Source: Candidatus Latescibacterota bacterium
GTDB taxonomy: Bacteria > Latescibacterota > UBA2968 > UBA8231
Length of the DNA stretch: 64,000 bases
Direction of reading: 5' to 3'
Assembly: GCA_965215195.1 (NCBI GenBank)
Contig: CBDCDC010000002.1
Span: forward strand, 4,544,001 to 4,608,000
The position numbers and the translations under genes were made by a program. Positions 49,435-59,254 of the stretch are shown piece by piece. The notes beneath the pieces are model-generated. The model was not told where the DNA came from. It ran no database searches and saw nothing but the letters and a program-made list of their open reading frames with translations. Position 1 is the first letter of the stretch; each line of letters opens with the position of its first letter.

Positions 49435-50427
49435 CTATTCGGCAGCCATGTATTCGTCGAAGTCGATTACAACGCCTTGCTCTGACGAGGTTCCCAAGGC
49501 GTTGATAAGGCCCACCGTGGCTAGGTTGCGCGGGCCGGAGAAGGGCGGCTCCACATCGTTGAGCACGTAGTCGCGGAAGCCGTCTAAGAGGATTTCCTCG
49601 GGATGGGGGGTTTCGTCCATGGGCACGATCTCGTCTGCATCGGCTCCGGGCCGCCGGATCGCCAAGCCGCCGGCGACCTCTTCGACCGTGCCCTTCTCGC
49701 AGTCCAGCCGCCAGCTAGAGCCGCCTTTGTGCGTGGCGAAGGTGCATTGGAAGTTGAACGTGGTGCCGTTGTGGAATTCGATCCAGCCGTCGATAGCCGC
49801 GCCGCCGCTATACGGGCTCCAGGGCGGATTAAAGCTGTGGCAGAACAGCCGTCGCGGCTCGGCGCTGAGCAGGTGGCGCAACTGGTCGAAGTCGTGGATG
49901 CCGCGCTCCCACAAATAGGCGTGTTGGTCCGCGCCCGAATGGTGCACCCGCGGGCGCCAGCCGTATTTGGTCATCAGGCCAAAGGAAGGCTGGCCCAAAT
50001 CGCCGCTTTGCAGCAGGCGGCGGATGGTTAAGACCGGCGGATAGTAGCGGGCGTTTTGGGTGACGGCGACCTTGAGACCGCGTTCAGTTGCCGCGGCGAC
50101 GATTTGCCGCGCTTGGCCGAGGTCTTTGGTGAAGGGCTTTTCGACGAGTACGTGCTTGCCAGCGCGGACCGCCTCCAAGCACTGGCCGGCGTGCAGGTCG
50201 GGCGGCGTAATGACCACTACGGCGTCGGCCTCAACGGCTTGCAGGGCAGCGGCGAGCGCAGAAAAACACGCCTCTTCGCCCAAGCCGGTAGTCTCCCGCG
50301 CTGCGGCGAGGTTTTCTGCGCTGACATCGACTAAGGCGACGGCCTCGAAGTCGGTGCGGTTGCGGAAGCGGTTTAGGGGCCAGCGGCCGCGGCCACCGGC
50401 GCCCACATGGATCGTGCGAATAGTCAT
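49435..50427 (-). CDS. Gfo/Idh/MocA oxidoreductase
   Basis: GAGGRG, GKHVLVEKP, IHDFD. Confidence 0.9.
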   Translation of the reverse strand: MTIRTIHVGAGGRGRWPLNRFRNRTDFEAVALVDVSAENLAAARETTGLGEEACFSALAAALQAVEADAVVVITPPDLHAGQCLEAVRAGKHVLVEKPFTKDLGQARQIVAAATERGLKVAVTQNARYYPPVLTIRRLLQSGDLGQPSFGLMTKYGWRPRVHHSGADQHAYLWERGIHDFDQLRHLLSAEPRRLFCHSFNPPWSPYSGGAAIDGWIEFHNGTTFNFQCTFATHKGGSSWRLDCEKGTVEEVAGGLAIRRPGADADEIVPMDETPHPEEILLDGFRDYVLNDVEPPFSGPRNLATVGLINALGTSSEQGVVIDFDEYMAAE

Positions 50428-51911
50428 GCTGGGCTCCAATCGAGGGCGAGTTGGGTCAACAGGCGCACGCCGATGCCGACGCCGCCTCGCGGCACGTAGG
50501 GTTTGGCCTTTGCGCACCAAGCAGTGCCGGCGATGTCGAGGTGCGCCCAAGAGTAGGAGGCAAACTCAGCCAAAAGCGCCGCGGCCGTACTGGCACCGGC
50601 CGGCCGGCCGCCTGAGTTTTTCACGTCGGCGATGTCGCTGTCGATCTGGTCGCGGTACTCGGGCCACAGCGGCAAGCGCCAGAGCCGCTCGCCAGTTTGC
50701 TCTCCGGCGGCGAGCAGCCGATCCGCCAAGTCGTCGTCGTTGGCAAACAGGCCCGAAGCGTGGTGCCCCAGCGCGGTTACGCAAGCGCCAGTGAGGGTCG
50801 CCAGATCGACGACCGCGGCCGGCTCGTAGCGGGTGGCGTAGGCGAGGGCGTCGGCCAAGACGAGGCGGCCTTCGGCGTCCGTACTGACGATCTCGATGGT
50901 CTTGCCGGCGAGGGTGTGCAGCACGTCATCGGGGCGGAAGGCCGTGCTGGAGGGCATGTTCTCGGCCGCGGCGATCAGGCCGACGACCCGCCGTTTGAGA
51001 CCGAGCGCGGCCACCGCCTGCATAGCGCCCAAGACGGCCGCGGCACCGGACATGTCGGTCTTCATCGTGCGGATGCCCTCAACGCTCTTGAGCGAGAGGC
51101 CGCCGCTGTCAAAGGTGATGCCCTTGCCGACAAACACCAGCGGGGCACCCTCAGCGGGGCCGTGTTCAAGGACGATGAAACGCGGCTTATTGGCACTGCC
51201 CTGACCAACGGCCAGCAGGGCGTCCATGCCTAGCTCGGCCAAGCCCTGTGCGCCGAAAATCCGGCAGCGCAGATCGTGGGTTTTAGCCAAGCGACGGGCC
51301 GTGCGGGCCAAGTAGGCCGGCGTGACTTCGCCGCCAGGGTGGTTGACCAAGTCGCGGGCAAGGCAGGTGGCCTCGGCGAGGGCACGGCCCCGGCGGACAC
51401 CGCGCCGCGCCTCTTTGAGCTTGGCTTGGTCGAATTCGACGATGTGGATCGTTGTGAGCGGATAGGGCTGGCCACACGAGCGGTACTCGTCAAAGCGATA
51501 GGCTGCCAACAGCGAGGCTTCGGCCACAGCTTGGGCGGCCGGTTCGACGGGCAGGTTGCCTGCGCCCGTGCCGTGCAGAATGGTGGCCGCGCTCTTGGCA
51601 CCCAAGCCGCCGAGGGTGCCGATGGCCGTGCCGGCCGCGCGGCGCGCCCGTTCGAGGTCAAAGCTCTCCTGCTCGCCCAAGCCGACGACGAGGACGCGCG
51701 GCGCTGGAATCTGGCCATGCGCGTACAGCAGCAAGGTCTGGCCGGCCTTGCCCTCGAAGTCGCCCAAGTCAATCGCCGCCGAGATTTGCCCGCCTAGGGC
51801 TTGGTCAACCGCACCCGTAGCCCCACCGGGGCGCGCCCCAGCAAAGAGGTTGACCACCACAACGTCCGCGTCCTGTTTTTGGATGGCTCCTTGAATTACT
51901 TTAATATCCAT
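50424..51911 (-). CDS. pepA: Leucyl aminopeptidase (M17)
   Basis: VGKGITFDSGG, MKTDMSG, TDAEGRLVLAD. Confidence 0.95.
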   Translation of the reverse strand: MDIKVIQGAIQKQDADVVVVNLFAGARPGGATGAVDQALGGQISAAIDLGDFEGKAGQTLLLYAHGQIPAPRVLVVGLGEQESFDLERARRAAGTAIGTLGGLGAKSAATILHGTGAGNLPVEPAAQAVAEASLLAAYRFDEYRSCGQPYPLTTIHIVEFDQAKLKEARRGVRRGRALAEATCLARDLVNHPGGEVTPAYLARTARRLAKTHDLRCRIFGAQGLAELGMDALLAVGQGSANKPRFIVLEHGPAEGAPLVFVGKGITFDSGGLSLKSVEGIRTMKTDMSGAAAVLGAMQAVAALGLKRRVVGLIAAAENMPSSTAFRPDDVLHTLAGKTIEIVSTDAEGRLVLADALAYATRYEPAAVVDLATLTGACVTALGHHASGLFANDDDLADRLLAAGEQTGERLWRLPLWPEYRDQIDSDIADVKNSGGRPAGASTAAALLAEFASYSWAHLDIAGTAWCAKAKPYVPRGGVGIGVRLLTQLALDWSPA

Positions 51912-51941
51912 AACATTAGTGATGGGAAATAAGTGGTCATT

Positions 51942-51969
51942 TAACCACTAACCACTAACCACTAACCAT
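51942..51969 (+). repeat. Heptamer tandem repeat (TAACCAC)x3 + TAACCAT
   Basis: Seen directly in the divergent intergenic region. Confidence 0.9.
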
Positions 51970-51987
51970 ATTGCTGTCAAGAATGCC

Positions 51988-52758
51988 ATGGACCTATTTC
52001 TGATCCGCCACGGCGAGTCCACCAACAACGCGCTAACCGATGTCAGCCAGCGCGTGGCCGATCCCGAATTGACCGCTAAAGGCCGGGCACAGGCCGAGCG
52101 GGTGGCTGCGTATGTAGCAGAAGGGTTGCACCTCGCCCCGGCCGAGCGCGCAGAGGAGCGGCCCTTTTTTGATCGGCTTTATTGCAGTCCGATGATCCGC
52201 ACCCTGCACACCGCGCAAGCGATCGGACAGGCACTGGGATCGGTGTCCGAGATATGGGCGGCGATTCACGAGCTGGGCGGCATCTACCTCGACCACGGCG
52301 GCGAGCGGGGAACCGTTGGCTATCCCGGCCTGACGCGCACGGAGATTGCCGCGCGTTTTCCCGCCAGCGTCGCATCGGCGGAAGTCGGCGAAGACGGGTG
52401 GTGGGACCAAGGCATGGAAACGAGTCAACAGGCCCAGCGCCGCGCTACCAACGTAGCCGCAGACTTGCTAGCGCGAGCCGGGGAAAAGACGCGCATCGGC
52501 TTGGTGACGCACGGCGGCTTTATGAGCCTGCTGCTAGGGGCCCTAGGCAACGGGCCGCGGAGCGAGGCCAACAGTTGGTCTGGGCTCGCCGCTGTACAAG
52601 AGGGCTTTTACTACGAACACGACAACACGGCCATCACCCGCGTTTCCCTGCACCGAGACCCCGCCTCGGCAGTCGTCAAATACCTCAACCGCACCGAGCA
52701 CCTGTCCGACGAGTTGCAGCTACTGCGTCCAAAACTGCGATGGATCACGCCGCCCTGA
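51988..52758 (+). CDS. Histidine phosphatase (phosphoglycerate mutase family)
   Basis: LIRHGES, SPMIR, VTHGG. Confidence 0.9.
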   Translation: MDLFLIRHGESTNNALTDVSQRVADPELTAKGRAQAERVAAYVAEGLHLAPAERAEERPFFDRLYCSPMIRTLHTAQAIGQALGSVSEIWAAIHELGGIYLDHGGERGTVGYPGLTRTEIAARFPASVASAEVGEDGWWDQGMETSQQAQRRATNVAADLLARAGEKTRIGLVTHGGFMSLLLGALGNGPRSEANSWSGLAAVQEGFYYEHDNTAITRVSLHRDPASAVVKYLNRTEHLSDELQLLRPKLRWITPP

Positions 52759-54119
52759 TAGGCGATCTCGGCACCTTCCTGCGCGAGGATCAGCTTTTGA
52801 CCTCGGCCGAGGATCGCAGCGTCTATGCCTTCGACGGGACCGCCCTGCTGCGCCAGCGACCCGCCTGCGTGGCGTTGCCGGAGAGCCGGGAGGAAGTAGC
52901 GCAGGTTCTGGCGCGGTGCAATGAGCGGGGAGTGCCCGTGGTGGCGCGGGGTTCGGGAACGGGCTTGGCGGGGGGGGCGGTGCCGGCACCCGGCGCGGTG
53001 GTGCTTTGTTTGGTCCGGCTCAACCAAATCCTAGCCCTAGACGCGGCCAACCTAGTCATGATCGTCCAGCCGGGGGTTCTCACTCAGCAGGTCGCCGACG
53101 CGGCCCAAGCCGCCGGCCTATTTTATCCCCCAGATCCCGGCTCGATTAAAATTTCAACTATCGGCGGCAATGTGGCCAACAATTCCGGGGGGCTGCGCGG
53201 CTTAAAATACGGCGTGACGCGCGACTACGTGATGGGGCTGGAGGTGGTCCTAGCCGATGGGCAGGTCTTGGAGACCGGCAACAAATGCGTCAAGGACGTG
53301 GCGGGGTTCGCGCTCAAAGATCTCTTCGTCGGCTCCGAGGGAATGCTGGGCGTCATTACCAAAATCGCGCTGAAGCTGGTCCCGGCACCTGCGAGCAAAA
53401 AGACCCTGCTCGGCCTCTACGACGAGATGACGCAAGCCGCGGCCACGGTCTCGGCGATTATCGCGCACAAAATTATCCCCTGCACCCTCGAATTTCTCGA
53501 CCGCACTACCATCGAATGCGTGGAAGCCCACGCCGGCATTGGCCTGCCAACGGATTGCGCGGCCGTGCTGCTGATGGAAGTAGATGGACATCCCGCGCAG
53601 GTGGCCGAGCAGGCCGCCCAGATCGAGGCCATTGCCCGCGAGGGCGGTGCCCGCTCGGTGCGGCTAGCCGCCTCAGAAGCAGAGGCCCAACAGCTTGCTG
53701 CGGCCCGGCGCACGGCCTTTAGTGCGCTGGCGCGGCGGGCCCCGACGGTCGTGCTGGAGGACGTCACCGTGCCGCGCAGCGAGCTAGCGGCCATGGTCGC
53801 CTACGTGCAGGAGGTCGGCCAGCGGCACCAAGTGCAGGTGGGGACCTTTGGCCACTTCGGCGACGGCAACCTGCACCCCACCTTCCTGTGCGACGAGCGC
53901 AACGCCGAGGAAATGGCCCGCGTCGAAAAGGCCATGGCCGAGGTTTTTGCCCGCGCCGTGGAATTGGGCGGCACCATCACGGGCGAGCACGGGGTCGGCT
54001 TGGCCAAAAAGCCCTACTTGCCCGGGCAAATAGGGCCGGTGGGACTGGAAATTCTCAAGCGGGTCAAGGCCGCCTTCGACCCCAAGGGCATCTTAAACCG
54101 AGGGAACATGTTCGATTGA
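52740..54119 (+). CDS. glcD: Glycolate oxidase FAD-binding subunit-like
   Basis: YPPDPGS, KYGVTRDYV, GSEGMLG, HFGDGNLH, GEHGVG. Confidence 0.88.
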   Translation: MDHAALIGDLGTFLREDQLLTSAEDRSVYAFDGTALLRQRPACVALPESREEVAQVLARCNERGVPVVARGSGTGLAGGAVPAPGAVVLCLVRLNQILALDAANLVMIVQPGVLTQQVADAAQAAGLFYPPDPGSIKISTIGGNVANNSGGLRGLKYGVTRDYVMGLEVVLADGQVLETGNKCVKDVAGFALKDLFVGSEGMLGVITKIALKLVPAPASKKTLLGLYDEMTQAAATVSAIIAHKIIPCTLEFLDRTTIECVEAHAGIGLPTDCAAVLLMEVDGHPAQVAEQAAQIEAIAREGGARSVRLAASEAEAQQLAAARRTAFSALARRAPTVVLEDVTVPRSELAAMVAYVQEVGQRHQVQVGTFGHFGDGNLHPTFLCDERNAEEMARVEKAMAEVFARAVELGGTITGEHGVGLAKKPYLPGQIGPVGLEILKRVKAAFDPKGILNRGNMFD

Positions 54120-55456
54120 GCGACGACGGCCTGAACCTACTTAGCGGTCTGGATTACTCCGCGCTCCAGCAGTGCATGCACTGCGGCCTCTGCCTGCCGA
54201 CCTGCCCGACGTACGACGCGACCTTGCGCGAGCGCTCTTCGCCGCGGGGGCGGCTCGCGATGATGCGGGCCCTAGCCGATGGCGAGCTGGAGGCGAGTGC
54301 GACCTTTGCCGAAGAGATGTACTTCTGCCTCGGCTGCCTCGCCTGTCAAACCGCGTGTCCGGCCGGCGTGGACTATGCCGCGCTATTTGAAAACGCCCGC
54401 GCCGAAGTGGAGCGGCAGGGCTTACTCAATGGCGCAGTGCGGAACTTTGTGCGCCGTTGGGTGTTAGGCTGGCTCTTTGCCAAACAGACGCGCCTGCGGG
54501 CAGTGGCGCGCTTGTTGCGCGCATTCCAGCGCAGCGGCCTGCAAACCCTAACGCGCCGCAGCGGCCTCTTCAGGCTGCTGCCCTTTGGCTTGGGGGACCT
54601 CGAACCGCTGGCACCGCAGATTTCCCCGCGCTTTACCGACCAGCTGTATCGCCGCGACTTGCAGCAGGCGAATCCGCCCGCACCGCGCTACCGAGTCGCG
54701 CTGTTGGCCGGCTGCGTCCAAGACGTATCCTTTGCCGAGGTAAACGCCGATACAATATGCGTCTTGCAGCACAACGGCTGCCAAGTGCTGCTGCCGAGCG
54801 GACAGGCGTGTTGCGGCTCCCTGCACGCGCACAACGGCGCGGTCGAACAGGCGCGGCAGCAGGCGCGGCTCAACCTCGACGCCTTTGACGCCAAAAACCT
54901 CGACGCAATCGTCGTCAACGCCGGTGGCTGCGGCTTGCACTGCAAGCACTACGACCGCTTGCTAGCCGGCGACTCCACCTACGCGGAGCGGGCCGCTGTG
55001 TGGAGCGAAAAAGTAAAGGACGTCCACGAGTGGCTCGCCGACATCGGCTTGCGCCGGCCTCGCGCCGCAATGCCCCTGCAACAGGTCGCCTACCACGAGT
55101 CGTGCCACCTCAAGCACGGGCAGCGGGTCTCCGCAGCCCCGCGCGAGGTGCTTCAAGCCGTGCCCAATTTGGAGCTCGTGCCCCTGTCAGAGGCCGACTG
55201 GTGCTGCGGCAGCGCCGGCATCTACAACATCACCCAACCCGAGCTGTCCATGCAGCTACTCGACCGCAAGATGGCGCACGTGTGCGCAACCGGCGCGACT
55301 GCCGTGGCCACGGGCAACACGGGCTGCGCCATTCAGCTCCAGTACGGCGTCCGCCGCGCAAAAGCGGCCGTGGACGTCGTCCACCCGGTGTCGCTTTTGG
55401 CCGCCGCCTATCGCGCTGAAAACCAAGGAGGAACGCAATGCAGCACTTTGGCCTAA
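54116..55456 (+). CDS. glcF: Glycolate oxidase Fe-S subunit-like
   Basis: Two CxxCxxCxxxCP motifs and two CCG domains. Confidence 0.88.
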   Translation: MSDDGLNLLSGLDYSALQQCMHCGLCLPTCPTYDATLRERSSPRGRLAMMRALADGELEASATFAEEMYFCLGCLACQTACPAGVDYAALFENARAEVERQGLLNGAVRNFVRRWVLGWLFAKQTRLRAVARLLRAFQRSGLQTLTRRSGLFRLLPFGLGDLEPLAPQISPRFTDQLYRRDLQQANPPAPRYRVALLAGCVQDVSFAEVNADTICVLQHNGCQVLLPSGQACCGSLHAHNGAVEQARQQARLNLDAFDAKNLDAIVVNAGGCGLHCKHYDRLLAGDSTYAERAAVWSEKVKDVHEWLADIGLRRPRAAMPLQQVAYHESCHLKHGQRVSAAPREVLQAVPNLELVPLSEADWCCGSAGIYNITQPELSMQLLDRKMAHVCATGATAVATGNTGCAIQLQYGVRRAKAAVDVVHPVSLLAAAYRAENQGGTQCSTLA

Positions 55457-55782
55457 CCATTGAGTTGAAGGACAACCCCGAACTGATCGCCCAGTACAAG
55501 GCATACCACGCCAATCCTTGGCCCGAGCCGCTTCAGGGCTTAGGCGAGGTCGGCATCACCGACATGAAAATTTTTCTTTTGGGCCAGCGGATGTTCATGT
55601 ACATGACCGCCACCGACGAGTTCGATCCAGCCCGCGACTTCCCGCGCTACGTCGAGCAAAACCCCAAGGCGAAGGAATGGGATGAGCTGATGCGGACCTT
55701 TCAGCAGCAGGTGCCCGAGGCCAAAGAGGGGGAGTGGTGGGCCAATATGGAACTCGTGTTTGACTTGCAATTGCACGTGTGA
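55438..55782 (+). CDS. L-rhamnose mutarotase family protein
   Basis: YKAYH..WPE, GITDMKIF, ELVFDL. Confidence 0.85.
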   Translation: MQHFGLTIELKDNPELIAQYKAYHANPWPEPLQGLGEVGITDMKIFLLGQRMFMYMTATDEFDPARDFPRYVEQNPKAKEWDELMRTFQQQVPEAKEGEWWANMELVFDLQLHV

Positions 55783-55845
55783 GAGGCCATGAGGATAGAC
55801 TCGTCAAGCAATGACCAATAGACTATTCGACAGGAGAATTTAGCA

Positions 55846-56541
55846 ATGAGAATTGAACCCGAAATCGCCAGGGTTTCGCTCGTCATGCTTGGCCATTTCA
55901 ATCCTGCTATTTTTACACCTGCGTGGTTCGGGTGGAATGAGCTTCTTCCCGAAAAAACGGTCGATATTGCAGGTACGAAAATCGTCCATCCTCAAATCGC
56001 AACATTCGAGGCGGATTGGCTCAACTTGCATGTCCAACCAGAATTCTTCCAAATCAACACGACTCAGCCCCCCTATGTTCGCCTGCGGGACTTGGCTGTC
56101 CGAATTTTCCGCGAACACCTTCCTCATATCCCTCTTAACGCAATGGGGATCAACCGAGAAGTACACTTTTCCGTGAGGAGCTTTGACGAGCGAGATCGGC
56201 TCGGCAGATTGCTCGCGCCTACCGACCCATGGGGAGACTGGGGACAGAAACTAGAACCGGACGGAAAGCATGGCGGCATGGCCTCCCTCACTATGAGACA
56301 AGTTAACCCAGAAGGCAGACCGCCGGGCGGGCAAATAAACGTGACGGTGGAACCATCTAACCGGATCGGGCAAGGCCGTCTCGGCGTTTACGTTCGGGTC
56401 AATGACCACTATACTACTGAGAACGTAGAGAGCCAAATGGGAACTCGTAAAATCGTCGTGTTACTAGAGGAGAATTTTGACGAATCTTTGCGGTGTGCAG
56501 ATAAAATCATCGATCACATTATGTCCTTAACGGAGAAATAA
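55846..56541 (+). CDS. Uncharacterised protein (TIGR04255-like)
   Basis: GHFNPAIFTPAWF, AMGINR, VNDHY; CAGGAG RBS; family assignment from memory. Confidence 0.55.
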   Translation: MRIEPEIARVSLVMLGHFNPAIFTPAWFGWNELLPEKTVDIAGTKIVHPQIATFEADWLNLHVQPEFFQINTTQPPYVRLRDLAVRIFREHLPHIPLNAMGINREVHFSVRSFDERDRLGRLLAPTDPWGDWGQKLEPDGKHGGMASLTMRQVNPEGRPPGGQINVTVEPSNRIGQGRLGVYVRVNDHYTTENVESQMGTRKIVVLLEENFDESLRCADKIIDHIMSLTEK

Positions 56542-56543
56542 GA

Positions 56544-57134
56544 ATGTCGGAAGCTGCATTCGCCCCTGCGGGTAACAAACTTCAGGACTCATCAGGGTTC
56601 AACGAAAATCCGAATGCACCTAATACCCTTGAGCAATCGCTTCTTCGGGAAGGATATGCGGAGCGGATCGCGGCTACACTAAAACAGTGCCGAGATTCGG
56701 AGCTGTATGATGTTGACGTTTCTGAGAGGACCTCGGAGCTGTATGATGTTGACGTAATCATTAATTTCCCTGACCTAGCTCAAGTTTCGCGGCCTGTGCC
56801 CCAAGTCAGTTTTCATCTGCTTCAGGAGTGGGAAGGGCATGTCATAGAAATAGGAGAGGACGACTTCACAGTGCGGCTATTAGACCTGACCGCCGGTTCC
56901 TCGCATGAAGAGGAAGAAGCCGTCATTCCTCTCTCCGAGATTTCAGAAGACGATCTCAAGCGTCTGCGCCTCGGCAGCATCTTTCGCTGGGTCATGGGCT
57001 ACGAGCGTTCCGCGAGTGGAACTAAGCAGCGTGTCTCCCGGATCGTCTTCCGCGAACTTCCTGTTGCGACCAAACAGGATATAGCCGAAGCCGAGAAACG
57101 GGCTAGGAAGACCGCTCAGTTATGGGCGGACTAA
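56544..57134 (+). CDS. Uncharacterised protein with a beta-rich C-terminal domain
   Basis: LQEWEGHV..F.VRL.DL, GSIFRWVMGY; tightly linked to both neighbours. Confidence 0.65.
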   Translation: MSEAAFAPAGNKLQDSSGFNENPNAPNTLEQSLLREGYAERIAATLKQCRDSELYDVDVSERTSELYDVDVIINFPDLAQVSRPVPQVSFHLLQEWEGHVIEIGEDDFTVRLLDLTAGSSHEEEEAVIPLSEISEDDLKRLRLGSIFRWVMGYERSASGTKQRVSRIVFRELPVATKQDIAEAEKRARKTAQLWAD

Positions 57135-58207
57135 CTACCCGCGGAGTTCCACCTAAATACAATGTGATGGAAGTGACCCTTGTCGGCCCTGGTTACGGAG
57201 AATGCATACTTCTTCATATAGGGAACGGAAGTTGGGTAATTGTCGATTCCTGTATCGGAGCAGACTCTCGTCCAGCAGCGTTGGCTTATCTCCATGACAT
57301 GGGATTAGATCCTCCTGAGGTGGTTCACCTCATAGTTACCACTCATTGGCATGACGACCATATACGTGGCATGGGAGAGTTGGTCGAGGTCTGCGAAGAT
57401 GCGATTTTCTGTTGTGCAAGTGCCCTTCGTAAACAGGAATTCCTCGCGATGATGGACTCTATAGCGAGTCGTCCTATGTCCCAAGTGGGCTCTGGCATGC
57501 AGGAACTCTACAAAGTCCGGTCACTCCTTGAGGAGAGGTCTGCCAAGCCTGTATTTGCCATAGCCAATCGTAGAATCTTCAGTCGGGATGGTTGCGAAAT
57601 CTGGTCTCTCTCGCCTTTCGACAAGGAAGTTGACAGCTTCTTGCAGGAAATGGACCATCTCCGGCCACAGGAACGTGAAACAAAAAGACGAACTCCTACC
57701 CTGACCCCTAACAAAATTGCGGTTGTTCTATTAATCAAGGTCGGCGATACGGCGATTCTCCTCGGTTCCGATCTTGAAGGGCGTGGCTGGTTGGATATCC
57801 TCGCTGCCCACGAACGACCGGATTGCAAAGCTTCCATTTTCAAAGTTCCACATCATGGTTCCCAAAACGCCCATGAGGATAGAGTATGGAGTGAGATGCT
57901 GCATGGTGAACCAATAGCGGCGCTCACTCCGTGGAGAAAAGGTGGACGGAGTTTACCGACGAAGAGCGACGTAAAACGTATTCTCTCGTTTACCCGAAAG
58001 GCTTATGCGACTGCGCCGTTCGGTATTCCTAGTCCCAAATCCGCACGGAGAAGGAATAGAACGGTAGAAAAGACTATCCGGGAAGCTAGTAAAAGAATCA
58101 GTCACATCGCCCCGTCTCCCGGAATGATCCGCCTGCGCCGGAGGTTCGGGTCACAACTGGATTGGGATATTGAGACGTTTGCGCCGGCATGTCAGTTGAT
58201 GGACTAG
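57122..58207 (+). CDS. MBL-fold metallo-hydrolase (ComEC/Rec2-like)
   Basis: GPGYGE, IVDS, THWHDDH, LLGSDLE, KVPHHGS. Confidence 0.85.
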   Translation: MGGLTTRGVPPKYNVMEVTLVGPGYGECILLHIGNGSWVIVDSCIGADSRPAALAYLHDMGLDPPEVVHLIVTTHWHDDHIRGMGELVEVCEDAIFCCASALRKQEFLAMMDSIASRPMSQVGSGMQELYKVRSLLEERSAKPVFAIANRRIFSRDGCEIWSLSPFDKEVDSFLQEMDHLRPQERETKRRTPTLTPNKIAVVLLIKVGDTAILLGSDLEGRGWLDILAAHERPDCKASIFKVPHHGSQNAHEDRVWSEMLHGEPIAALTPWRKGGRSLPTKSDVKRILSFTRKAYATAPFGIPSPKSARRRNRTVEKTIREASKRISHIAPSPGMIRLRRRFGSQLDWDIETFAPACQLMD

Positions 58208-58222
58208 CGAACGATCCACGTT

Positions 58223-58447
58223 CAAATCGCCGCCTTTTGTCGGCGCAATCACATCCGGCGCATGGCCTTGTTCGGCTCGGTCCTGCGCGACGACTTCACG
58301 CCCGAGATCGACGTGGATGTACTCGTGGAGTTCGAGCCGGATGCACGTATCGGCTACATTGATCTAGCTGGATTGGAGCTTGGGCTGACGCCGAGCGTTT
58401 TGTTAGGGACTCTAAGTTCAATAGAGGCGGTATATGAGCGGACGTGA
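58223..58447 (+). pseudogene. Minimal nucleotidyltransferase (MNT antitoxin) remnant
   Basis: [25 protein letters not shown]...DVDVLVEF; no proper start, shortened C-terminus, no HEPN partner. Confidence 0.75.
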
Positions 58448-58489
58448 TTTACAGACAGCCTATCCAACTTCCAATACAGGAGACCAGCT

Positions 58490-59254
58490 ATGAACAATAA
58501 AGGCCGAGTCGCCGGTAAGGCGGCCATTGTAACAGGTGCGGCTTCCGGGATTGGGGAAGCCACCGCCCAAGTGCTGGCGCGCGAAGGTGCGTCCGTCTGC
58601 GTGGCAGATGTCAATGCCGACGGTGGCCAGCGGGTCGTCGATAAAATCAAGGCCGACGGTGGCGAGGCCATTTTCGTCCGCACCGACGTGGGCGAATCCG
58701 CCGAGGTCATCGAGATGTTCGTGCGCACCGAAGCCGCTTTTGGCCGCGTGGACATCGTCCACAACAACGCGATATGGTTCCGCCACGGCCCGGCGACCGA
58801 ACTCGACGAAAAGGATTGGGACGGCACCTTAAACATTGGCTTAAAGGCGATTTTTCTCGCCGCCAAATACGGCATCCCGGTCATGCGCAAAACCGGGGGC
58901 GGCGCGATTATCAACACCGGCTCGGTGCATTCGCTGGTCAGCTTTGCCACGGCCACGGCCTACGACGCGGCCAAGGCCGGAGTCTTGGGCCTAACCCGAA
59001 CCCTCGCCATTGACTACGGGCCGGACATCCGCGTCTGCGCCGTGCTGCCCGGGGCGATTCTGACGCCCTTGTGGGACGATCTACAAGTGCCGCAGGAGGA
59101 GCGCGTACGCTACGCCAAGATGGTGCCGGCCCAGCGCTTGGGCACGTGCGAGGACATCGCCAATGCGGTGCTGTTCCTCGCCTCGGACGAGGCGTCCTTT
59201 ATCACCGGAACCGCCCTGACCGTAGATGGCGGGATGCTGGCGCGGACCGAGTAG
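58490..59254 (+). CDS. SDR oxidoreductase
   Basis: TGAASGIG, NNA, YDAAK. Confidence 0.93.
   Translation: MNNKGRVAGKAAIVTGAASGIGEATAQVLAREGASVCVADVNADGGQRVVDKIKADGGEAIFVRTDVGESAEVIEMFVRTEAAFGRVDIVHNNAIWFRHGPATELDEKDWDGTLNIGLKAIFLAAKYGIPVMRKTGGGAIINTGSVHSLVSFATATAYDAAKAGVLGLTRTLAIDYGPDIRVCAVLPGAILTPLWDDLQVPQEERVRYAKMVPAQRLGTCEDIANAVLFLASDEASFITGTALTVDGGMLARTE

Noticed and set aside
52182-54115. Long N-terminal extensions on the glcD and glcF ORFs (likewise folD, mrp and Uma2 ORFs)
   Set aside because: Open-frame artefacts of high GC; the real starts overlap upstream stop codons.
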